From Candidatus Marinacidobacterium sp. (lineage in GTDB: Bacteria; Acidobacteriota; Vicinamibacteria; Marinacidobacterales; Marinacidobacteraceae), in NCBI GenBank assembly GCA_965220965.1, contig OZ244852.1:1664001-1728000 (forward strand): a DNA stretch of 64,000 nucleotides, given 5' to 3'. The first letter of the stretch is position 1, and every line of letters starts with the position of its first letter. A program made the translations under genes and the position numbers. Under the pieces are notes generated by a model. The model made no database searches, was not told the origin of the DNA, and was given only the letters and a program-made list of their open reading frames with translations. This document shows, piece by piece, positions 49,773 to 58,574 of the stretch.

Positions 49773-50174
49773 ATGTCTTCGATCCCCGAGGGTCTCTACT
49801 ACAGCAAGGAACACGAATGGCTGCGCCTCGACGGCGACGGCCTCGCCACGATCGGGATCACCGATCACGCCCAGGACGAACTGGGGGACATCGTCTACGT
49901 GGAGCTTCCCGCCGAGGGCGACGCCTTCGCCGCCAGCGACGTGATCGGGAGCGTGGAGTCGGTCAAGGCGGTGTCCGAGATCTACTCGCCAGTGTCGGGG
50001 ACGGTGGCCGGAGTGAACGAGACGCTGGAAGCGGCGCCCGAGCAGCTCAACGCGGCGCCCTACGCCGAGGGATGGCTCGTCCAGGTCCGGCTGGAGGACG
50101 AGAGCGCCGCGGTCGAGGGACTGCTGTCGCCCGCCGAATACGGGGAGTACCTGGCCGCCGAAGCGGGGGATTGA
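49773..50174 (+). CDS. gcvH: Glycine cleavage system H protein
   Basis: YSKEHEW, GITDHAQDELGD, lipoyl motif ESVKAVS. Confidence 0.96.
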   Translation: MSSIPEGLYYSKEHEWLRLDGDGLATIGITDHAQDELGDIVYVELPAEGDAFAASDVIGSVESVKAVSEIYSPVSGTVAGVNETLEAAPEQLNAAPYAEGWLVQVRLEDESAAVEGLLSPAEYGEYLAAEAGD

Positions 50175-50222
50175 GGGCGACCGGGCGCGCCGCCCCGGCC
50201 ACCCGCAGGGGCTCAGCCGGGC

Positions 50223-50228
50223 TAGTAT
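50223..50228 (+). promoter_or_regulatory. Possible -10 element of rnpB
   Basis: TAGTAT about 7 nt upstream of the predicted P1 start. Confidence 0.4.
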
Positions 50229-50235
50229 GGCCGTC

Positions 50236-50613
50236 GGTCCGAGTCGTTCAGACGGTCGCCGGCTCGATTCCGGGCGGGAGGAAAGTCCGAACTCCGCAAG
50301 GCAGTGCGCTGGGTAACCCCCAGTCCGGGTGACCGGAAGGAAAGTGCCACAGAAAACAGACCGCCTCTCCCTCCGGGGAGCGGCAAGGGTGAAAAGGTGC
50401 GGTAAGAGCGCACCGCCCGTCCAGCGATGGATGGGGCACGGTAAACCCCGTATGGAGCAAGACCAAATAGGGAAGCGTTCGAGGGCCGCCTGTCCGAGCT
50501 TCCGGGTAGGTCGCTCGACCCGGCGGGCAATCGCCGGGCTAGATGCATGACCGTCACTCCGTCCCGGGCGACCGGAGCGGAGAACAGAATTCGGCTTACG
50601 AGCGGCTCGGGCC
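50236..50613 (+). ncRNA. rnpB: RNase P RNA (bacterial type A)
   Basis: GAGGAAAGTCC, GGAAAGTGCCACAGAAA, GGTAAGAGCGCACC, GGTAAACCCC, ACAGAATTCGGCTTA; P1 pairing of GGTCCGAGTCGTTC with GAGCGGCTCGGGCC. Confidence 0.96.
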
Positions 50614-50647
50614 CTCGCAGGCGCGCGTCGGGAACACCCCCGCCCCG

Positions 50648-51586
50648 CTGACGCTCGTCACCGGCGGCGCCGGGTTCATCGGCTCGGCGCTGGTGCGGCG
50701 GCTGGCGGCCGGCGGGACGCCGGTCCGGGTCCTGGACGACTTCTCCACTGGCCGACGCGAGCGGATCGACGGGCTCCCCGGCGTGGAGATCCTCGAGGGC
50801 CGGGTGGAGGACCCGGAGGCGGTCCGGACCGCGTGTTCCGGAGTCCGCCGGGTGGTCCACCTGGCGGCGCTGGCGTCGGTCCCGAGGGCCGAGCGCGAGC
50901 CGGAGGCCGCCGCCCGGGGGAACGTTCAGGGCACGCTCAGCGTTGTTGTTGGCTCGCGAAATGCATGCGTCCAGGCGCTTGTCTACGCATCCTCCTGCTC
51001 GGTGTACGGGGATGCGGGGGACCAGCCGATCCATGAAAACGTTCCTCTCCGCCCGCAATCGGTGTACGCGGTGACGAAGCTGGCGGGAGAGCGGCACGCG
51101 CTCCTCGGCCACCGAACCGGCGGTCCTCCCGCCGTGGCTCTGCGGTTTTTCAACGTGTACGGGCCCGGCCAGCCGGCGGACTCGCCCTACTCGGGAGTGC
51201 TGGCGCGGTTCGCCGCGGCGGCGCGCGCCGGAGAGCCGGCGGAGATCCACGGCGACGGGGAGCAGACGCGCGACTTCGTCGCGGTGTCCGACGTGGTGGA
51301 GGCGATCCTGCTGGGGCTGGACGGGGCCGCCGGACCCGCCGGGGGGCAGGCGTTCAACATCGGGACCGGCGAGGCCGCGTCGGTGAACCAGGTGTGGGAG
51401 CTGGTTGCCCGGGCCTCGGGAGTCCGGTTGACCCCCCGGTGCGGGCCCGGGCGGAGCGGGGACATGCGGAGCGCGCGGGCCGACACCGGGCTGGCGCAGC
51501 GCGTCCTCGGCTTCCGGGCCCGCACCGGCCTCGCCGAGGGGATCGCCGCGCTCGTCGCGAAGGAGCCCCGGGAGGCGGCGGCGTGA
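50648..51586 (+). CDS. NAD-dependent epimerase/dehydratase (GalE-like); start codon uncertain
   Basis: LVTGGAGFIG, HLAA, YASSCSVYG, YAVTK, RFFNVYGP, QTRDF. No ATG/GTG/TTG between rnpB and the Rossmann motif; CTG at 50648 used. Confidence 0.85.
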   Translation: MTLVTGGAGFIGSALVRRLAAGGTPVRVLDDFSTGRRERIDGLPGVEILEGRVEDPEAVRTACSGVRRVVHLAALASVPRAEREPEAAARGNVQGTLSVVVGSRNACVQALVYASSCSVYGDAGDQPIHENVPLRPQSVYAVTKLAGERHALLGHRTGGPPAVALRFFNVYGPGQPADSPYSGVLARFAAAARAGEPAEIHGDGEQTRDFVAVSDVVEAILLGLDGAAGPAGGQAFNIGTGEAASVNQVWELVARASGVRLTPRCGPGRSGDMRSARADTGLAQRVLGFRARTGLAEGIAALVAKEPREAAA

Positions 51587-52971
51587 GGCCACGGCTCCCG
51601 GTGGCGGCGGGTCAACGCCTTGGCAAACGCCTGGCGACCCTCCTGGCGAAACGCCCGGGGAAGCGCCTGACCGTCGACCCCCGCGCCGCTGGCGTGCGCC
51701 GTTCCGGGCAGGGCCTGGCCGCCCTGGTCACGATGGCCGGCGTCCTCGGCGGCGCCCTCCTGTTCGGGTTCGGGGCGCTCCGAGGCTGGAACGGACCGCT
51801 CCCCGAGCCGCCGACCGTCGCCGCAGCGCTTCTTTCGCCACCCTCCGAGGTGGGGCTCTTCCGCGTGCCGGACCGGTTCATCCGAGGCGACTCGCTGTCG
51901 CGCGTCCTGACCCGGAACGGGTTCTCGTCGCAGGAAGCCCGCGATGTCGCCCGGGCGGTCGCGCCGATCCAGGACCTGAGGGAACTCCGGACCGGCCAGA
52001 CGGTGTGGATGAAGCGCGACGCCCAGGGACGGCCCAGCGCCGTTGAGCTCCCGCTGGCGAATCTCCGGGAAGTGATCGTCGTCCGCGCCGCGGACGGCTG
52101 GACCGCCCGCGAGAACGGCGTGGAGACGGTGCTCCGGCGGGACATCGTGCGGGGGACGATCGAATACAGCCTCTACCAGAGCCTGGTGGACGCCGGGGAG
52201 CGGCCCGACCTCGCGGTCCTCATCGGCCGCGCCCTCGAGTACGACATCGACTTCCACCGGGATTCGCGGCGCGGAGACACTTTCGCGGCGATCGTGATGA
52301 AGCAGTACGGGCCGGACGGCCAGTGGCACGACTACGGGGACCTGCTGGCGGTGCGCTACGTGAACCGGGGCCGGCCGATCCACGCCGTTCGCTTCGAGTT
52401 CCCCGACGGCCGGTCGGGCTACTACGACTTCGACGGGAACTCGATCCGCCGCGCGTTCCTGATGAGCCCGCTGGAGTACGGACGGCTGACCAGCGGGTTT
52501 TCGCATCGCCGCCTCCACCCGATCCACCGGGTCTACCGGCCCCACTACGGGGTGGACTACGCGGCCCCGACGGGGACGCCGGTCATGGCGACCGCCGACG
52601 GCGTCGTGACCGACGCCGGGCCGAGGGGCCCGAACGGCAACATGGTCACGGTGCGGCACACCGGCGGCTACGAAACGAAGTACCTCCACCTGTCGCGGAT
52701 CCGGGTCACCCCCGGGCAGCGGGTGGAACAGCGGGACGTCGTCGGGCTGGTGGGCTCGACCGGGACCTCGACCGGACCGCACGTGGACTACCGGCTCTAT
52801 CGCTACGGGAGACCGCTGAACCCCCGGGCGCAGGTGCTGCCGCCGGGCCCCCCGATCCCCGAAGCGTTCGTTCCCGACTTCCTGGCGCAGCGGCAGCGGC
52901 TGCTGGCGGCGCTCGACGGCCGCCCGCGCCCGCGGCGGGAGGCTCCGGTCGCGCGCGTCGCCGAGGAGTAA
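51583..52971 (+). CDS. M23 family peptidoglycan DD-endopeptidase (MepM-like)
   Basis: TM anchor; HYGVD, YLHLS, STGPHVDY; start approximate. Confidence 0.9.
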   Translation: MRPRLPVAAGQRLGKRLATLLAKRPGKRLTVDPRAAGVRRSGQGLAALVTMAGVLGGALLFGFGALRGWNGPLPEPPTVAAALLSPPSEVGLFRVPDRFIRGDSLSRVLTRNGFSSQEARDVARAVAPIQDLRELRTGQTVWMKRDAQGRPSAVELPLANLREVIVVRAADGWTARENGVETVLRRDIVRGTIEYSLYQSLVDAGERPDLAVLIGRALEYDIDFHRDSRRGDTFAAIVMKQYGPDGQWHDYGDLLAVRYVNRGRPIHAVRFEFPDGRSGYYDFDGNSIRRAFLMSPLEYGRLTSGFSHRRLHPIHRVYRPHYGVDYAAPTGTPVMATADGVVTDAGPRGPNGNMVTVRHTGGYETKYLHLSRIRVTPGQRVEQRDVVGLVGSTGTSTGPHVDYRLYRYGRPLNPRAQVLPPGPPIPEAFVPDFLAQRQRLLAALDGRPRPRREAPVARVAEE

Positions 52972-53048
52972 GCCGGCCCGACCGGCCGCGCTCCGGCTAA
53001 TTGTCGCGGAGCGACTCCCACGCGTCCCGCCGGGCCGCCACCACCGCC
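52857..53048. repeat. Left copy of ~195-bp direct repeat (M23 3' end + spacer + ABC permease 3' end)
   Basis: Aligns with 55082-55280. Confidence 0.9.
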
Positions 53049-53093
53049 AGTTCTCCCGGTGGTCGGCGCTGCACGGGACTTCATCAACAGGTT

Positions 53094-53254
53094 GTTGACG
53101 GGCCATCCGGACCGGACTGTCGAAGACTCCAGGCGCCTGCCGACGCCCCGGCGCGTCCCCCACGAGGTTCGCCCCGCCCGAACCGGCGCCCCGCCGGCGG
53201 AACAGGCCGCCCCTCCCGCGTTAGAGCGGGGAGCAGTCAGCCCCCGAAGCGTTC
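53094..53254. repeat. ~160-bp repeat R, copy 1 (others at 53927-54086 and 54936-55094)
   Basis: Shared core TGCCGACGCCCCGGCGCGTCCC...CGCCCCGCCCGAACCGGCGCCCC...GGAACAGGCCGCCCCTCCCGCG...GTCAGCCCCCGAAGCG. Confidence 0.9.
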
Positions 53255-53737
53255 CAGGAAGTAGCGACCCGCGACGGCGAGGCCCATCCCCACCAGGCCG
53301 GTCGTGGCCGGCACCAGCCAGGCGATGAGCCGCTGCTTCCGGTCCCGCTGCTCCTTCAGGACGGTTCCGACCGCATCCATCGTCTTCAAACGGCTCTCGA
53401 TGTCGTTCAAGCGGTCCCGCAGTTCTCCGAGTTCACCCCGGATCTCCCGGTTTTCCGCCCTGAGCTCCGCGATGCTGGCGGTGAGGCGCTTCTCCATGGC
53501 CTCGCGCTGCACGCGGTTCTCCGCCTTGAGCTCTGAGTACTGCTTGCGGTTCTCCGCCTTGAGCTCGCCGATGCTGGCGGTGAGGCGCTTCTCCATGGCC
53601 TCACGCTCGCGTCGGGCCTCCTCGCGGTCCAGGCGGGCCTCCTCGCGGATCGCCTCCAGCATCCGGAACATCATCGCCATCTGGTCCTGTGGAACCGGCG
53701 GCGCCGAGGGCTTCGGTGGAGTCGGGGTGGGGGACAT
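53237..53737 (-). CDS. Coiled-coil protein with C-terminal membrane anchor (DUF1640/CCDC90-like architecture), copy 1
   Basis: MSPTPTPP..., repeated EEARxxR and EAMEKRLTASIxELxAENR modules, C-terminal LIAWLVPATTGLVGMGLAVAG. Confidence 0.75.
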   Translation of the reverse strand: MSPTPTPPKPSAPPVPQDQMAMMFRMLEAIREEARLDREEARREREAMEKRLTASIGELKAENRKQYSELKAENRVQREAMEKRLTASIAELRAENREIRGELGELRDRLNDIESRLKTMDAVGTVLKEQRDRKQRLIAWLVPATTGLVGMGLAVAGRYFLERFGG

Positions 53738-53926
53738 GGCGGGTTCGCCGATGCTGGATCGATGTCTTCCAGTGTAGGGCCGGGCGGTCGCCCCGGCAAC
53801 CGCTTCCATGGGCTTCCCGGCAGGGGTCTGCGAATCGTTCATGCGGGTCCTCCCGGGACCCGCGATGCCCCGGATGCGTTCCGGGCGCAAGTCCCTTCAC
53901 CCGACTTCATGACGCGAGTCCGGACT

Positions 53927-54086
53927 GTTGACGGTCATCCCCACCGGACTGTCGAAAAGCCAGGCGCTTGCCGACGCCCCGGCGCGTCCCTCCACGAGGC
54001 TCGCCCCGCCCGAACCGGCGCCCCGCCGGCGGAACAGGCCGCCCCTCCCGCGTCGGAGCGGGGAGCGGTCAGCCCCCGAAGCGCTC
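53927..54086. repeat. Repeat R, copy 2
   Basis: Aligns with 53094-53254 and 54936-55094. Confidence 0.9.
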
Positions 54087-54746
54087 CAGGAAGTAGCGAC
54101 CTACAACGGCGAGGCCCATCCCCACCAGGCCGGTCGCGGCAGGCACCAGCCAGGCGATGAGCCGCTGCTTCCGGTCCCGCTGCTCCTTCAGCACGGTTCC
54201 GACCGCATCCATGGTCTTAGCAGCCCGTTAACCAAGTCTCGCGGCGTTTGAGCGGCGATGGCCCCCACCGGGAGAACTGGCCCCGCCCGAACCGCGCCCC
54301 TTCGGAGCGCTCATCGTTGCGTTTCGCTCGGAATATTCCAGATATTCCTCGCTCACGCGCCTTGTCGGCCGGGCGCCTCACCGCTCTCGGCGCTACACGC
54401 GACTTGATCAACGGACTGCGAGACAGCTCGCGATGTCGTTCACGCGGTCCCGCAGCTCTCCGAGTTCACCCCGGATCTCCCGGTTCTCCGCCTTGAGTTC
54501 CGCGTACTGCGCACGGGTTTCGGCCTTGAGCTCGCCGATGCTGGCGGTGAGGCGCTTCTCCATGGCCTCACGCTCGCGTCGGGCCTCCTCGCGGTCCCGG
54601 CGGGCTTCCTCGCGGTCCAGGCGGGCCTCCTCGCGGTCCCGCCGGGCCTCCTCGCGGATCGCCTCCAGCATCCGGAACATCATCGCCATCTGGTCCTGTG
54701 GAACCGGCGGCGCCGAGGGCTTCGGTGGAGTCGGGGTGGGGGACAT
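54069..54746 (-). pseudogene. Coiled-coil/TM protein copy 2, interrupted by a MITE
   Basis: 5' part 54420-54746 and 3' part 54069-54218 both match copy 1; removing 54219-54419 (201 bp) restores the frame ...CL|KTMDAVG... Confidence 0.85.
54220..54419. mobile_element. 200-bp MITE-like element
   Basis: Terminal inverted repeats GCAGCCCGTTAACCAAGTC / GACTTGATCAACGGACTGC (16 of 19 matching), no convincing ORF, absent from the paralogous gene copy. Confidence 0.8.
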
Positions 54747-54935
54747 GGCGGGTTCGCCGATGCTGGATCGATGTCTTCCAGTGTAGGGCCGGGCGGTCGC
54801 CCCGGCAACCGCTTCCATGGGCTTCCCGGCAGGGGTCTGCGAATCGTTCATGCGGGTCCTCCCGGGACCCGCGATGCCCCGGATGCGTTCCGGGCGCAAG
54901 TCCCTTCACCCGACTTCATGACGCGAGTCCGGACT

Positions 54936-55094
54936 GTTGACGGTCATCCCCACCGGACTGTCGAAAAGCCAGCCGCTTGCCGACGCCCCGGCGCGTCCCC
55001 CACGAGGCTCGCCCCGCCCGAACCGGCGCCCCGGGGGCGGAACAGGCCGCCCCTCCCGCGTCGGAGCGGGGAGCGGTCAGCCCCCGAAGCGTTC
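54936..55094. repeat. Repeat R, copy 3 (joins the right direct repeat)
   Basis: Aligns with copies 1 and 2; ends in CCCCGAAGCGTTC, shared with the M23 tail. Confidence 0.9.
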
Positions 55095-55280
55095 GTCCCC
55101 GACTTCCTGGCGCAACGGCAGCGGCTGCTGGCGGCGCTCGACGGCCGCCTGCGCCCGCGGCGGGAAGCTCCGGTCGCGCGCGTCGCCGAGGAGTGAGTCC
55201 GGCCCGATAGCCCGCGCTCCGCTGGCAGTCAGTCGTCCCGGAGCGACTCCCAGGCGTCCCGCCGGGCCGCCACCACCGCC
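55082..55280. repeat. Right copy of ~195-bp direct repeat
   Basis: Aligns with 52857-53048; carries an orphan copy of the M23 C-terminus (PEAFVPDFLAQRQRLL...VAEE*). Confidence 0.9.
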
Positions 55281-56440
55281 GGGTAGATCCCGAAGACGAC
55301 GCCGACGGTGATCGAGAAGACGAAGGCTACGACGAAAGCGTAGAGCGGCGGAACGCCCACCGGCAGTTGCGGCAGGAAGGCGGGCGAGAGAAGGCGGAGC
55401 GCGGACCCGAGCCCGGCGCCGACGACGCCGCCAGCCACCGAGAGCAGGACGGACTCGATCAGGAACTGGCTCACCAGGTGGCCGTGGGCGGCGCCCACCG
55501 CCTTGCGGATCCCGATCTCGCGGCTCCGCTCGCGGACGGTCACCAGCATGACGTTCATGACCCCGATGCCGCCGGCCAGCAGGCTGATCGCGCCGAAGGC
55601 GATGCCGACCGCCACCACGCTCACCAGGACGCCCCGCACCGAGTTCAGCAGCGAGTCCATCGCCAGGATCATGAAGTCGTCCTCGGCCTGATCCGGGAGG
55701 CCGCGGGCGCGGCGAAGCGCCGAGCGGATCTGCTCCTCGGCCGTCTCCACATCGTCGAGCGATGCGGCCAGGAACGCGAAGTGGAGGGAGGCGGCCCCCT
55801 CGCCAAAGCGCTGGCGGGCGGTCGTCACCGGGATCAGGACGGCCTCGTTGGGGTCCCCCATCGCGAAGACGCCCGGCGCGCGCTCACCGAGCACGCCGAC
55901 GACCGTGAACAGGACGCCGTCCAGCAGCAGCCCCTCTCCGACCGGATCCTCCCCCCGACCCAGTTCCTCGAAGACGCGGGGACCGACCACTGCGGCGCGG
56001 GTCCGCCGCCGCACGTCCTCCTCCGTCAGGAAACGGCCCCGATCCAGATCGGCGCCGTGGACTTCGAGGTGCCAGGGACCCACGCCTGAGGCCTGGAGCC
56101 GGATCGTCTCGTCCCCCCGGCCCACTTCCGGCTGGAAGCTGAACACCGGATCGAACGCGCTGACCGCCGGGGACTCGCGGAACGCGGCCTCGCCATCGGC
56201 GAGGCTCAGGAAGCTGCGCCGCCGCACGACCTGGTCGCGGGGCGGCATCCACCGGACGGTGATCTGTCCGGCGCCGACATCTCCGAACTCGGACACCACC
56301 GACTGCGTGAGTCCGTCGGTGAGCGCGGCCACCAGCGTCACCGACGCGATCCCGATGGCGATCCCGAGCGTGCTCAGGAGCGAGCGGAGCGGGGCCCGGC
56401 GGATGGAGGAGACCCCCATCCGCAGGTTCTCGCGGATCAA
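55229..56440 (-). CDS. MacB/FtsX-like ABC transporter permease
   Basis: RSLLSTLGIAIG, GGIGVMNVMLVTVRERSREIGIRKAVGA, FGIYPA. Confidence 0.92.
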   Translation of the reverse strand: MIRENLRMGVSSIRRAPLRSLLSTLGIAIGIASVTLVAALTDGLTQSVVSEFGDVGAGQITVRWMPPRDQVVRRRSFLSLADGEAAFRESPAVSAFDPVFSFQPEVGRGDETIRLQASGVGPWHLEVHGADLDRGRFLTEEDVRRRTRAAVVGPRVFEELGRGEDPVGEGLLLDGVLFTVVGVLGERAPGVFAMGDPNEAVLIPVTTARQRFGEGAASLHFAFLAASLDDVETAEEQIRSALRRARGLPDQAEDDFMILAMDSLLNSVRGVLVSVVAVGIAFGAISLLAGGIGVMNVMLVTVRERSREIGIRKAVGAAHGHLVSQFLIESVLLSVAGGVVGAGLGSALRLLSPAFLPQLPVGVPPLYAFVVAFVFSITVGVVFGIYPAVVAARRDAWESLRDD

Positions 56441-57735
56441 CCGGAGAGACCTGCTTCCGATACGCGGACTGGGGCGCCGTCGACCAGATTGCGCAGGATC
56501 GCGGGCGGACCGGTCACCACCCGGTCGCCGGCGTTCAGGCCGGACACGACCTCGATCTCGAGGAGGTCGGTGAGACCGGTGGTGACGCGCCGCTCGACGA
56601 CCTGGTCGACGCCGGTCTCTTCGTCCGGCTCGACCACGAAGACCACCTGCCAGCCGCCGCGGTCCTCCCCGCCGCCCTCGGAACGGCGGTCCGAGTACGA
56701 GGTGTCCGATCCGCTCGAGTCCATGGTCAGCGAGATCGTCCGGACCCGGCGCGTCCCCTCGGGGTATCGCCGGACAAGCGCCCCGATCGGGACCGCCAGA
56801 GCGTCCTGGCGGCGATCGGTCTCGATGTGGACCTCGGCGCTCATCGACGGGCGGACGGTCGGGGGCGGGTCCTCGATCCGGACCCGGGCGAAGAACTCGG
56901 CGCCGCCGGCGGGCGCGCCGAAGCCTCGGGTCTCCTCGCGCTGGCCGACCCGCTGGATCTCGATGACCTCGCCGGGCAGCTCGGCGTCCGGGAGGGCGGC
57001 GAGGGAGATCCGGACCGGCTGCCCCACCTGGACCGCCACCACATCCACCTCGGGGACATCGGCCTCCACGATCAGCGTGTCGACGGTCCCGAGCGTCATG
57101 ATCGTGGAGCCGGGCAGGTTCCGGCTGCTGGCCACGACGAGCTCGCCGACCTCCATGCTGACCGCGAGCACGACTCCGCCGATGGGGGAGCGCACGACGG
57201 TCTTGCGGAGGTCCTCCTCGGCGCGGCGCAGCGAGGAGCGGGTGCGCTCGACCGACTGCTCGGCGCGCGCGACCCCGTGCGCGGCGCGTTCGGCGCCGAC
57301 CTCGGCCTCTTCCACCCGTCGGGCGCTCACGATGCCCTCGGCGTGGAGCGCCCGGGCCCGCTCGAGCTCGCGCAGGGCGTCTTCCGCCGCCACCCGCTGG
57401 TCTTCCAGATCGGTGCGGGTGGACCGGAGCATCGCGCGCTGCTCTTCCACGATGGGGCGCTGGGTGGCGTCGTCGATGAGGGCCACGATCTGGCCCTCCT
57501 CCACCCGGTCGCCCGGGACGACCCGCACCTCGAGGAGCCGGCCCACGACCTCGGCGGAGAGGTCCACGCTCTCCTCGGGGCGCACGACGCCCGAGGCGAG
57601 CACGGTGGAGACGAAGTCGCGGGTCTCGATGGTCCGCGTCTCGACCGGCGTTCCGGGCTCGGGCGCTTCCACGCTGAGGGCGACCAGCACGCCGCCGGCG
57701 GCGAGGACGCCGGCGGCGAGGAGGAGGCGCTTCAT
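56437..57735 (-). CDS. Efflux periplasmic adaptor (MacA/HlyD-like)
   Basis: ASGVVRP, GDRVEEGQ, coiled hairpin, RSPIGGVV, GLNAGDRVV. Confidence 0.9.
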   Translation of the reverse strand: MKRLLLAAGVLAAGGVLVALSVEAPEPGTPVETRTIETRDFVSTVLASGVVRPEESVDLSAEVVGRLLEVRVVPGDRVEEGQIVALIDDATQRPIVEEQRAMLRSTRTDLEDQRVAAEDALRELERARALHAEGIVSARRVEEAEVGAERAAHGVARAEQSVERTRSSLRRAEEDLRKTVVRSPIGGVVLAVSMEVGELVVASSRNLPGSTIMTLGTVDTLIVEADVPEVDVVAVQVGQPVRISLAALPDAELPGEVIEIQRVGQREETRGFGAPAGGAEFFARVRIEDPPPTVRPSMSAEVHIETDRRQDALAVPIGALVRRYPEGTRRVRTISLTMDSSGSDTSYSDRRSEGGGEDRGGWQVVFVVEPDEETGVDQVVERRVTTGLTDLLEIEVVSGLNAGDRVVTGPPAILRNLVDGAPVRVSEAGLSG

Positions 57736-58523
57736 GGCGGGCCCGCAGTCACGCTGAAACTCGATGAGCTGATGAGAATCGCAGCCGCCAGCGCAATCAG
57801 CGTGACGACGACCCAAAGGGACAAGGTGACGACGAGAGCGCGGCTGCGACGAACCTCGAGGAGCAACCCGAAGCCGATCGCCGTCAGTGCGACCTCCCAC
57901 GCGAGCAGCACATCGAGCCGACCCAAAAGCGCGGCGGCGGCGCCCTCGACGCCGGGCGCCCACGAGGCGAGGCTGGTGCGAAGCAACCCGTCCGCCCGGT
58001 CGGGCGACACCGGGTAGGAGAGCCAGGCGACCACGGCGGTCAGGACCGCGCCGAGCGAAATCGCCGGCCAGCCGGCGTGGGCCACGGTCGAAAGGAGGAG
58101 CCGGTAGCTCCCCTTGACCCCCAGGATGCCGAACGCCAGCAGGAACCAGGCGGCGGCCACCAGCGGCGCGATGACCGCGCCGAGCGCGCCGAGGACCGGG
58201 GCGAAACCGCGGGTGATCCGCAGGCTGTCGCGCACTCCGCGACGCGCCGCCTCGGAAGCGGCCTCGTCCCCCGCCCCGAAGCGTTCCGCCTCCCGCGTGG
58301 CCGCCTCCACGGCGTACTCCACCGCGGCCTCGAAGTCGGTGGCGCGGGAAACCGCGAAGCCCTGGACTGCGCCCGCGAGCGCTGTCGCGGTCAGAACGAG
58401 AGCGAGGCTCGGGGAAGCGGCCAGTCCGGCGAGGGTCTCGCGGGGAGCGAAGAACATCCCGGCGAGGCGGCTCAGCGCGGAACCGCCGGAGGCTTGGCCG
58501 ACCGGGCGGTCCATCGGACTCAT
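57732..58523 (-). CDS. Yip1 family membrane protein
   Basis: RLAGMFFAPRETL start, about 5 TM helices, translationally coupled to the adaptor. Confidence 0.75.
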   Translation of the reverse strand: MSPMDRPVGQASGGSALSRLAGMFFAPRETLAGLAASPSLALVLTATALAGAVQGFAVSRATDFEAAVEYAVEAATREAERFGAGDEAASEAARRGVRDSLRITRGFAPVLGALGAVIAPLVAAAWFLLAFGILGVKGSYRLLLSTVAHAGWPAISLGAVLTAVVAWLSYPVSPDRADGLLRTSLASWAPGVEGAAAALLGRLDVLLAWEVALTAIGFGLLLEVRRSRALVVTLSLWVVVTLIALAAAILISSSSFSVTAGPP

Positions 58524-58574
58524 GGCCCGATCCTACGACACTTTCCGACTGGGGCAGAATCCCCCGCGCGCAGG

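Noticed and set aside
53738-53890. Longer N-termini predicted for the coiled-coil genes (217 and 163 aa ORFs)
   Set aside because: The upstream part lies in the duplicated leader; MSPTPTPP start has a GGCGAA/GAAC-type weak RBS and fits the domain better, though the exact start is unproven.
53094-55094. Repeat region as a CRISPR array, integron cassette array or DGR
   Set aside because: Repeats are ~160 bp with paralogous rather than unique spacers; no cas, intI or RT gene; differences are not adenine-specific.
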